Below, in pieces: positions 37,989 through 47,036 of a stretch of 64,000 nucleotides of DNA; the stretch's first letter is position 1, and each line of letters opens with the position of its first letter. Source of the DNA: an uncultured Acidobacteriota bacterium (lineage in GTDB: Bacteria > Acidobacteriota > Blastocatellia > RBC074); assembly GCA_963796275.1 (NCBI GenBank), contig CAWCKY010000006.1, forward strand, positions 1,536,001-1,600,000. Reading direction: 5' to 3'. The notes beneath the pieces were generated by a model. That model was not told where the DNA came from. It ran no database searches and saw only the letters and a program-made list of their open reading frames with translations. The translations under genes were made by a program, and so were the position numbers.

Positions 37989-39118
37989 GTGGGTAAGATA
38001 CTGATTCCACATTTCTTAGTAGCGTTCGTGCTGGTTGTTTCATCTTGTAGCGGTGGAACGAGCAGCGGCGCGAGCGGCAGCGATGATGTCGCCGCCGTAG
38101 TCAATGGTACGAAAATCCTGGTGAAAGACGTCGACCGCGTGATCGCCCAGCAGTCTCGCGATCAGGAGAACCAGCTCTCACAGCTTCAGAAAGCGGCCTA
38201 TCGCCTGCAGGCACTCGAGACGCTGATCAATCAGGAAGTGCTCTTTCAACGTGCGCAGGAAGATAAGATCGCACCGACCGATGACGAGATCAGACAATAC
38301 ATCCAGAGGTACAAACAGGATAATGGTTTTACCGAGGAGGCGTTCGCAAACGAGCTTAAACGGACCAACCAGACGGAAGATCAGTTCCGGGATTTCGTGA
38401 AGAAACAGCTCGCCATCCAGAAGCTATATGAGAAGTCCGACTCTCAGCTTAAAGTGCAGGACCGCGAGGTCGCTGAAGTTTTCAATACCAATCCGAAACA
38501 ATTCTCGATTCAGCCTGGCGTCGCGGTCTCCGACATCATCATCGATCCGCGAGAGAATGGGATGAAGTTCGACGCACAGGGCGATGCCGCCGCCGAACAG
38601 CGGGTCCGCGAGATCCACACGCGGCTCAAGAACGGGTCTGATTTTGCCACCAACGCGCGACAGTTCTCAGAGCACCAGAGCGCCATGCAGAGCGGCGATC
38701 TGGGATTTCTGCCGCAGAGCGGATTTTCGAAATTGCCGGAGGTCATGGGATTGCCCGCTCAGCTCGGAGATAGATTGATGTCGATGAAAGAGGGTGACAT
38801 AACCGAGCCGATCAGGGATACGCAAAGCCGCTGGCACATCTTCAAACTGACGGCCAAGCAGACCGAGAGCCGCGATCGTACCCTTGATGATCAGAGCGTG
38901 AGGAAGGAATCTCCGACGCCATCCTGGCGCAGCGCAAACAGGTAGTGGCTGCCGCGCTCCAGGCCAAGGCGCGCGACGATGCGGAGATCGAGAACTACCT
39001 GGCGGGAAAGATGCTCGAAAACCCCAACAGCTTTGGCGTCCTGCGCCCGGTACCCGCTGCGACCTCAGGCGAATCGCAACAAGCTTCACCAACGCCGGCG
39101 GCTTCGACAAACCCGTAA
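37989..39118 (+). CDS. SurA/PrsA-like lipoprotein peptidyl-prolyl isomerase, -1 frameshift at ~38908
   Basis: Lipobox LVVSSC, AAVVNG, SurA_N, parvulin GSDF..ARQFS..SGDLG; adding one A at ~38908 extends it by ISDAILAQRKQ...AEIENYL to TAA 39118. Confidence 0.85.
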
Positions 39119-39229
39119 TATCAGGGACTGAAAGAAGTCATATGAAAATAAGTGAGCCGGTCAATACCCAAGCGTTATTAAACGGGTCGAAGCTGACGCT
39201 CACCACAGTTGTAACGAATGAACCAGTTT

Positions 39230-39442
39230 AAGCTCCCGCAGGGCGGCGATATAACTGGCAGGGGGGTGAACCCCTGGAATGTCCACGAGCAAGCATCAAA
39301 CTCTGAAAGGCGCAATAACCGCACTTTATTGCGGCTATTATCTTGCCAGCTGGCATGCTGATTAATTTGGCCGGGGAAATGACATAGGCAAGGTAGTAAA
39401 AGAGGGGGAAGCGAGTGGCGAATTTTCCAGGGTTTCACCCCT
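39230..39442. repeat. Degenerate REP cluster (CAGGGGxTGAAxCCCCTGG family); related copy at ~41526-41563
   Basis: CAGGGGGGTGAACCCCTGG and CCAGGGTTTCACCCCT palindromes. Confidence 0.5.
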
Positions 39443-39498
39443 AACCGTTAAAAATGCGGCTTCATAGGAGCTCAAGACCGCATCACTGAATCCGAGCT

Positions 39499-41394
39499 AT
39501 GCTTTTTCGTCTCAACGATGTGACCAAATCCTACGGCGCACAAGAGGTTTTGTGCGGCGTCGGTTTTCAGCTCAATCCCGGCGAGCACGTCGGATTGGTT
39601 GGCCGCAACGGTGCCGGCAAGACGACTATTCTCCGGCTGATCTCCGGATCCGAGACGGCAGATAGCGGTGTGGTCGATCGGCTGCGCGGACTTCGGACCG
39701 GCGTCCTCGCGCAACACGTCGACTTCGCCGGGCAGAAGACCGTAATGGATGCGGCATTGGAAGTCTTTGAAAAATTGCGGGCGCTCGAGGCTAAGATGCG
39801 CGAGCTGGAGCATCGCATGACGGAAAGCGCAGGCGAGGAGCTGGAGCGCGTCATGGATGCCTATAGCGAGGCCCAGCACGCCTACGAACACGACGGCGGT
39901 TTCAGCTATCACGCGCGCGCCGAATCGGTGCTGCTCGGCCTCGGTTTTACGAAAGATGAATTTGAGAAGTCCGCTGAGAGTCTCTCCGGCGGCGAGAAGA
40001 ACCGGCTCGGGTTAGCCCGTCTATTGCTGCTCGAACCCGATATCTTATTACTCGATGAGCCGACCAACCACCTCGATGTCGAGGCGGTCGAGTGGCTCGA
40101 GGAGTTCCTCGCGGAATATCGATCGGCTTATCTGATCATCTCGCACGACCGGTTCTTTCTGGACCACACGGTGAATCGCGTGCTCGATCTGGAAAATGGC
40201 AGAGTCGAAAGTTACCGGGGAAACTACAGCGATTATCTGGTGGAAAAAGAAGAGCGGCGCGAGCAGCAATTGAAGGCCTACGAGCAGCAGCAGGAGCTCA
40301 TCGCGAAGACGGAGGAGTTCATTCGCCGAAACCTGGCGGGCCAGAAGACCAAACAAGCCAAATCGCGGCGGAACATGCTGGAACGGATGGAGCGCGTCGA
40401 TAACGTCAACAGCCTGGATGCCGCGAATTTCAAGCTCAAGCCGGCGGCGCGCACCGGCGATCAGGTGCTGGTCCTCGAAAAGTTAGCGATAGGATTCCCA
40501 TCCCGTACTCTCGCACGGAACCTCTCGTTGATGCTCCGGCGGGGCGAGCGATTGGGCATCATCGGCGGCAATGGTACGGGGAAGACGACACTACTGCGAA
40601 CGGTTCTGGGCGAGCACAGCGCGCTCGATGGCGAAGCGCGTTGGGGCTCCGGCGTCAATATTGGTTATTACGATCAAAGGCTCTTATGCATCGATGAACG
40701 GAACACAGTCATCGATGAGCTGCGCACAGTCGCATCGTCTTCCGTCACCGACGGCGAGCTGCGCGGTTTCCTCGGAAGATTCCTATTTACGGGAGATGAC
40801 GCGTTCAAGCCGGTGTCTGCATTATCGGGAGGGGAGAAAGGGAGGCTCTCGCTCGCGAAGCTCATCTATTCGCATGCCAACGTCCTGGTGCTGGACGAGC
40901 CGACGAACCACCTCGACATCTCATCACGCGAGGCCCTCGAATCCGCGTTGAACGAATATGGCGGCACGATCATCACAGTCTCGCACGATCGCTATTTCCT
41001 CGACCGCGTTGCTACGCAGATTCTTTTCTTCGGGGATAAAGGGGTCGAACACTTCGACGGAAGTTACAGCGAGTTTTATCGGGCTCATCATCAGGTTCTC
41101 GCTGAAAAGCAGGCGAGGGAACTCGAGGCGCAAAAAAACGTGCGCGCCACTCGGAAATCTCAGGCGGTGACGAAGAAAGCCAAACGTAAGGAGCCGGCCG
41201 CAGAGGAGATCGAAGCGGAGATTCAATCTGTGGAAGCGGAACAACAGGAGATCGTCGCGCTGCTCTCTTCAGAAGAAGTTGCTCGCGACAGGGATCGGTT
41301 GTTTGAGTTGAGTGAAAAATATCAAGCTCTTGATGATCGCCTCAAGGAACTCTATGAGAGTTGGGATGCCGCGCTCAAGGCGGATAAGGTTTGA
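39499..41394 (+). CDS. ABC-F family ATP-binding protein
   Basis: Two ABC domains (GRNGAGKT, GGNGTGKT; LSGGE; LDEPTNHLD), inter-domain linker, C-terminal coiled coil, no TM segments. Confidence 0.93.
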   Translation: MLFRLNDVTKSYGAQEVLCGVGFQLNPGEHVGLVGRNGAGKTTILRLISGSETADSGVVDRLRGLRTGVLAQHVDFAGQKTVMDAALEVFEKLRALEAKMRELEHRMTESAGEELERVMDAYSEAQHAYEHDGGFSYHARAESVLLGLGFTKDEFEKSAESLSGGEKNRLGLARLLLLEPDILLLDEPTNHLDVEAVEWLEEFLAEYRSAYLIISHDRFFLDHTVNRVLDLENGRVESYRGNYSDYLVEKEERREQQLKAYEQQQELIAKTEEFIRRNLAGQKTKQAKSRRNMLERMERVDNVNSLDAANFKLKPAARTGDQVLVLEKLAIGFPSRTLARNLSLMLRRGERLGIIGGNGTGKTTLLRTVLGEHSALDGEARWGSGVNIGYYDQRLLCIDERNTVIDELRTVASSSVTDGELRGFLGRFLFTGDDAFKPVSALSGGEKGRLSLAKLIYSHANVLVLDEPTNHLDISSREALESALNEYGGTIITVSHDRYFLDRVATQILFFGDKGVEHFDGSYSEFYRAHHQVLAEKQARELEAQKNVRATRKSQAVTKKAKRKEPAAEEIEAEIQSVEAEQQEIVALLSSEEVARDRDRLFELSEKYQALDDRLKELYESWDAALKADKV

Positions 41395-41612
41395 CGTAAC
41401 CCGGCGACGAAGAAGGGACATCTGACCGATCAGCTCGATGTTCTTCGAGCGATAAATGCATCCCGTTACCTGAAAGTGCATGGCATTGAATTAAGGGTCG
41501 ATTACATCAAGGGCCTAATTAATAATAGCCAGGGGTTACGCGCTGCCGCTCCACCCATGGCTATTTTATTCCGCGCCTTCGTCGCTTAATTCAAGGGACC
41601 GGATCCGGCGTA

Positions 41613-42989
41613 TTACCTCAGCGAACTGATCTCCTCGAAATACTTGACGAACATCTTGATACCGCCCGATGCCTGCCGCCAGTCATAATTTTCATTCTTC
41701 GCGTGATAACCATGCTCGGGCAGGCTCAGGCCCAGGAAGATGATCGGGGCTTTGATCTGTTTCTGCAGCGTGACGACCGCGCCGATAGACCCGCCCTCTC
41801 GTGTGAATGCTGGCTCTTTTCCGAATGCGAATTTCATCGCCGTGCTCGCGGCATCGGCGAAGGGGCCGGAGAAATCGCCGAGAAACGGTTCGAGCGCCTG
41901 GATCGGTTCAACCTTCACATCCGGATTGATCTTCTTGACGAAATCTTTTACCAGCTTCGCGATCTTGGTCGCTTTCTGGCCGGGCACGAGCCGCGTGCTG
42001 ATCTTCGCTTCGGCATGGTAGGGCACGATGGTTTTGACTCCGGGACCGTTATAACCGCCGGTGATGCCGTGAACTTCGAAGGTCGGCAACGCCATAAACG
42101 CCTTGAGAACTTCGGCCTCCGTCTTCAAATGCGGCCTTATCGATTTGAGTTCGTGCGCTTTCTGATACCCCTTGGTCGTGAAACCGGAATTAACGAAACT
42201 GGCGACCTCCGACTTCGTCGCGGGATTGACGTCATCATAGAAACCCGGGATTTTTACTCTACCCGTCCGGGCGTCATAGCACTGGCTGATGACCTGTGCC
42301 AGTTCGCCGATCGGGTTGCGCGCGACGCCGCCGACCAGCCCCGAATGCACGTCTTTAGCGTGCGTCTCTAGCTTGAAGAGAAACGCTTGCAGACCGCGTA
42401 AGCCGTAAGGTACCGCCGGCTGCTTGCGCGAGATCCAGATCGTGTCCGAAACCAGAAATGAATCGGTCGCCAAACGGCCCTTGTGCTTTTTGACGAAATA
42501 TTCGAAGTTGGGACTGCCGATTTCCTCTTCGAGCTCCCAGATGAATTTGAAGTTGAGCGGCAGATTGTTATCCACCGCGTAGCGAACTGCTAGCATGGCG
42601 GTCAACGCCGGGCCTTTGTCGTCCGTCGTGCCTCGTCCTTCGTAGCGGCCGTTATCCTTGAAGAAGGTGAACGGCGCCTTATTCCATTCGGAAGGGTCGG
42701 CCGGCTGAACGTCGAGGTGGTTGTAAATCGTAACAGTCGGATTTTTAGGATCGGTAATGAGTGATCCGAAGACTACCGGATTGCCGGGAGTCGATACGGC
42801 CTCGGCCTCCGCGCCCATGTCGCGCAGATATTGCATCGCCACCTCGCCGCATCCCGTGATATCGGGTTTATGTGAAGGATCGCTGCTGACGCTGGGAAGT
42901 TCGACGAGCTCCGCCAGCTTGTCTTCGAATTCAACGCGCGCGTTTTTGATATAGGTGTCGATGTTTTTATAAAGTCCGTTGTTTTTCAT
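41613..42989 (-). CDS. M20/M25/M40 family metallopeptidase (dipeptidase-like)
   Basis: [33 protein letters not shown]. Confidence 0.92.
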   Translation of the reverse strand: MKNNGLYKNIDTYIKNARVEFEDKLAELVELPSVSSDPSHKPDITGCGEVAMQYLRDMGAEAEAVSTPGNPVVFGSLITDPKNPTVTIYNHLDVQPADPSEWNKAPFTFFKDNGRYEGRGTTDDKGPALTAMLAVRYAVDNNLPLNFKFIWELEEEIGSPNFEYFVKKHKGRLATDSFLVSDTIWISRKQPAVPYGLRGLQAFLFKLETHAKDVHSGLVGGVARNPIGELAQVISQCYDARTGRVKIPGFYDDVNPATKSEVASFVNSGFTTKGYQKAHELKSIRPHLKTEAEVLKAFMALPTFEVHGITGGYNGPGVKTIVPYHAEAKISTRLVPGQKATKIAKLVKDFVKKINPDVKVEPIQALEPFLGDFSGPFADAASTAMKFAFGKEPAFTREGGSIGAVVTLQKQIKAPIIFLGLSLPEHGYHAKNENYDWRQASGGIKMFVKYFEEISSLR

Positions 42990-43038
42990 ATTTATTTTCT
43001 CAATTTTATTTCTTGAATTTATTTTGAGCGAGAAGATA

Positions 43039-43119
43039 CACCACAAAAGTCACAAAAATACAAAAAACACAAATTTAGCCTCGATTTTTGTGTCGATCGT
43101 CTCCCGGTATTTCGTGGTG
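43039..43119. repeat. Degenerate REP-like element (CACCACAAAA family)
   Basis: CACCACAAAAGTCACAAAAATACAAAAA...TTTCGTGGTG. Confidence 0.55.
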
Positions 43120-43132
43120 GATTACTCTGAGG

Positions 43133-45197
43133 TTATTTATAGAACCGAACATTATCCAACTCCAGCCATACAAACGAGCCGGCGGGTCGCGCGACCTCGA
43201 AGCTGAGCATCAGCAGATCATCGCCCGTCCATTTCACCGCCATACTCGACCCTGCTTGCGTGAGCGATGAAAAATCTATGCTCACCGTCTTCCATTGCGA
43301 ATCGGCCTGGAAGGGTGCTTGAAAGTAGCCGGAGTCGCGGACGCCGTATGTCGGCACTATCAATCGATAAGCGCCATCTCCGCGCGCATCGAAACGCAGA
43401 CCGCGGAATTCGCGGGCATCGACCGGCTCGATAGCCCCGCGGCTCAGTGGAACAGTGATGCGGATGAATGGCCTGTCTTTCTCCGACATTTTGCCGGCGA
43501 TCGAGAGTGCGTTTTTCCCAGCTTCTCGAACGATCCTGCCATAGACCATGGACGACGGGTCGACGCCGGCATCGGTCGAGTTGACCCAGAGAGTGTCCAG
43601 ACGGCTGCGATCGGGCGAACCGTTGCCCCCCGGACTCTCGAAATCGTCGATCAGTTCACGCGCTTTGACCGCCGGAATGGCAGTTACCGCCGGCGACGCA
43701 ATCTCACGCGCCAGCTTTTCGCGATCGATCTCCCGCCCGCCGATGAAGACGCGCTGGATTCTCTCGATGTCGCGTATGTTATTGTGGGGCTCACCCTCTA
43801 CGAGTACCAGATCGGCGAGATTTCCCGCGACAATCGAACCGCGCTCGTGGGCGACCTTGATTGCTCGCGCCGCGTTGCCGGTCGCCGCCGTGATCGCTTC
43901 CAGTGGCGTTAACCCGCCGGCGACGAGCAATTGCAGTTCGCGCAGCGTAGCCCAGCCATGACGAGTCCCGGTCACGCCGGCATCGGTCCCCACTCCGAAA
44001 TTTATCCCGCCCTGGCGGAGGGCAGCTGTGTTCTCCTGCAGTATTTGCCAGCGCCGAGCCCGTGCAGATCGATCGGAGATCGCATCGGCGGCCGTTGCAG
44101 ATATAACTTCCGGAATCGGAAGAGGCGTAAGCGGCGGCTGAATCGCTGACAGCACGGAAGGAGCGAGTACCGATTCGAGCAGCGGCGTGAGGATAGCCCT
44201 GCTGCGGGGTTCGTATACGGCGAGCGTAGGCGCGTATGTCGTCCCCTTCTCCTTCATCAGTTTGATTACTTCATCGTCAACCGCTGCATCCCCGATGCCG
44301 TGAGCGATCACATCGACGCCTGAGCGCGCAGCGATCTTCGCTTTGTCCCGCGTAACCGTATGAGTTAAGACCTGGAGACCGTGCTTATGCGCCTCGTCGA
44401 CGAGGGCTCTCAGCGTCTCTTCGTTCATGTCCGTCATATCCGGCGCGGTCCCGTAACGCCAGCCGTCAGTGAATACTTTAATGACATCCGGTTGATAGGG
44501 TAGTACGCGGCGCACGGCCGCTCGCGCTTCGCGAGGCGTCGATACTGCGAGCGAGAAGAAATCGCCGCGGCCTCCCTCCGCGCCGTGGCCGCCCGGCGTC
44601 GTTATGCGAGCTGCCAGACTTATGTGGGGCGACTCTACCACCCCATTCCTGATCAACCGTCGCATCGGCTCGAACGTCTCAGCATAAGTGCCGAAATCGA
44701 CGACAGAAGTTATGCCGCAATACAGGTACGCTTTGAGATTTTTCGGCCAGTCACCGGCTACTCCGCTCGCCGTCGCGTAAGGCAGGTGCGTGTGAAGGTC
44801 GAACAGCCCGGGCAACAGCGTCTGCCCGTCGGCTTTGATTACGCGTGCGCCAGCGGGAATTTCAACTTTTGGTGCGACCGTTTCGATCCGGTCGCCGCGA
44901 ATGACTACCGCGGCGGGCACGGGCTTCGAACCAATGCCGTCGATGACAGTTGCCCCCGTGATGATAGTGACGTTGCGGGCGGGAGATGAGTTTTGTTGGC
45001 GACTATCGGAGGAATATGCGGAATATGCGGAATATAAGGTCGTGCTGAATATGACCCCCGGTAAGAGAAATATGATGTGAAAACAAAAAAGGCAGATAGT
45101 GGCAGAAACGATAAATGAATTTTTGCCAGGTTTACCCCGATTGCCCCGATTTGCCCCGTATACCGGGGTTGACGATTTTCGCCTTTATTAGTTCCAT
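43133..45197 (-). CDS. Secreted amidohydrolase fused to a C-terminal CIA30-like domain; probable +1 frameshift at ~45150
   Basis: [27 protein letters not shown]-terminal [10 protein letters not shown]...LELDNVRFY; frame stays open upstream of 44920 ([12 protein letters not shown], hydrophobic leader) and ATG 45197 is one base out of frame. Confidence 0.8.
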
Positions 45198-45215
45198 TCT
45201 CGTTCGCCTGATAGG

Positions 45216-45932
45216 TTAGGAGCGGGGCAGGAAACTCATGCAGACAAATTTGAGAGTAGCCTCGCCGATCTGAATAAGATCGCCATTAGACAGTAAATAG
45301 GGTTCCTGCGGCGTCAATCGCATGCTGCCGTTGATTAACGTTCCGTTGGCGCTGCCCAGGTCCTCGACGAAGTAGAGGTGGCCGCGCACAGTAATTCGGG
45401 CATGACGACGTGAAACACGCGAAGCCGGGTCGTATTTGGTCAGATCGACCTCTGGCCGTATGCCGCGGTGTGGATCAATGCGACCGATTATCATCTCACC
45501 ATCCGACGCGAGGGGGAAATTTTCCTCGCTTTCGGCGGTAAGGATGAGGAGTTTAGTGGACCCGAACTCGGTGGTCGGCGGGCGATCGCCGAAGTAGATG
45601 CGATAGAGATCGCTTGGAGTCATTTGATGCCCGCAGTGATGGCAGGATGCAATCGAAGGACTCAAGGAATTGCCAACCTGTGTGGCATAGAGTTCGTTCT
45701 CGCGCACCAGGGTATCGAGAAATATCTCGCGCTCCGTTTCGGTCAACGCATCCCAATCCCCTCCTCGATCAGCGCATAAGCGGCGCACTTGCGCCACGGC
45801 GTAATCGAGACGCGCATTGCGTTGCAAGTGATCATCTTCGGTAAGCAACACCAGCAGTAGTTGCTTGTGCTCATCCGAGAGCTGATCGATCCAATCTCTC
45901 AATTTTTGTTCGACAGATGAAGAGTCTGACAT
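45216..45932 (-). CDS. FHA-domain protein with an N-terminal helical domain and CxxC
   Basis: [34 protein letters not shown]. Confidence 0.9.
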   Translation of the reverse strand: MSDSSSVEQKLRDWIDQLSDEHKQLLLVLLTEDDHLQRNARLDYAVAQVRRLCADRGGDWDALTETEREIFLDTLVRENELYATQVGNSLSPSIASCHHCGHQMTPSDLYRIYFGDRPPTTEFGSTKLLILTAESEENFPLASDGEMIIGRIDPHRGIRPEVDLTKYDPASRVSRRHARITVRGHLYFVEDLGSANGTLINGSMRLTPQEPYLLSNGDLIQIGEATLKFVCMSFLPRS

Positions 45933-46442
45933 TCAGCTTCCTTCACTGTAATGCTCGTTGTGAGAGCAGATACCATGGGAGTGTATAGTTTTTTTTGCCT
46001 TCAGTGACAACCTCAATGATTCACAGGAGAGAATTCTATCTTGTTTTGTAAATATCGACAAAATAATTAGATAAAATTTTGGGAGAGTAGGGATCGGTTG
46101 CCAATTCGGCCATGAGAATCGCCGGGGCTGAAAATGTATGACAGAAATGAGGAAATGGCCAGCGATTGACAGCAGATTAATTTTTTTATCCTTGGTACCA
46201 GGCACAAAATTCCACGTCTTATATGTACGGATGAAATGAGTGAATGCGCGCATTCGATACCGGCAGTCCCGATTCTTTACGTCCGTTTCAAGTCTAACTC
46301 CTCACCAGTCATAGAGTTATCGTGGCTGGTCCGGTTGGCTTTTGGGTTTCCATGGCTGCATCAACTTGTCTTACGAAACCGGCAAGTATTGCTGCAGATT
46401 TCTCTCGTCAATTTCTCATATCGTTGATTAAGGAGGCGCCTC

Positions 46443-46907
46443 TTGGATCGCAGAGTTAATACGGCAATCCAATTTCTGTCCGATGCCATAACTGATGCTG
46501 TTATTGGTAATTTACCAGCCGGATCAGGTCACGATGAATGTGAGATAAAAGATAGATTGTCGCTGGATAAGCTGGCACGATCTGTGAATCTATCCCGGTC
46601 GCGGTTGCGAGCCCTGTTCAAATCTGGAACTGGAATGACTCCGGCGCAATACATAAAGCGCCTCAAAATAGAGAAAGCGAAGGAACTGGCGGAAAAAAGC
46701 AATATGACCATGGGGCAGATTTTAGCGAGTTTAGGAGTCCGTGACGAAAGCCACTTTCGGCGTGACTTCAAGAAAGCCATAGGTATTACTCTCAAAGAGT
46801 GCAGAGACCTCCATTACCAGCAGCCCAAAGAACCGCTTAGTCAAAGATTCCAGTTTTTATCAAGTGTACAGTCAAATCGGCCCGCAAATAGTCAAAACGG
46901 CCAGTGA
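46443..46907 (+). CDS. Stand-alone AraC-family HTH transcriptional regulator
   Basis: AAGGAGG RBS before TTG; LARSVNLSRSRLRALFKSGTGMTP...ESHFRRDFKKAIG double HTH with no sensor domain. Confidence 0.88.
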   Translation: MDRRVNTAIQFLSDAITDAVIGNLPAGSGHDECEIKDRLSLDKLARSVNLSRSRLRALFKSGTGMTPAQYIKRLKIEKAKELAEKSNMTMGQILASLGVRDESHFRRDFKKAIGITLKECRDLHYQQPKEPLSQRFQFLSSVQSNRPANSQNGQ

Positions 46908-46952
46908 ATAGTCATTTAGGCTCTGTTTATTACTATGAGATATCGATAACTT
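46870..46952 (+). promoter_or_regulatory. Three 20-bp direct repeats (AGTCAxxxxGGC) followed by a -10-like TAACTT: putative AraC-activated promoter, copy 1
   Basis: AGTCA at 46870, 46890 and 46910; the block recurs almost identically at 57522. Confidence 0.7.
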
Positions 46953-47036
46953 AAGCTGACTAATCCGAGTGGTTGATATTTAGTCGTTGGCCGGATTTGT
47001 TGTATCCATCTGTCTTCCAAAGGGAGGGTTCATATA

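Noticed and set aside
46870-46929. 20-bp periodic repeats as a mini-CRISPR array
   Set aside because: Repeats are contiguous with no unique spacers, and no cas genes are present. The geometry fits a transcription-factor operator.
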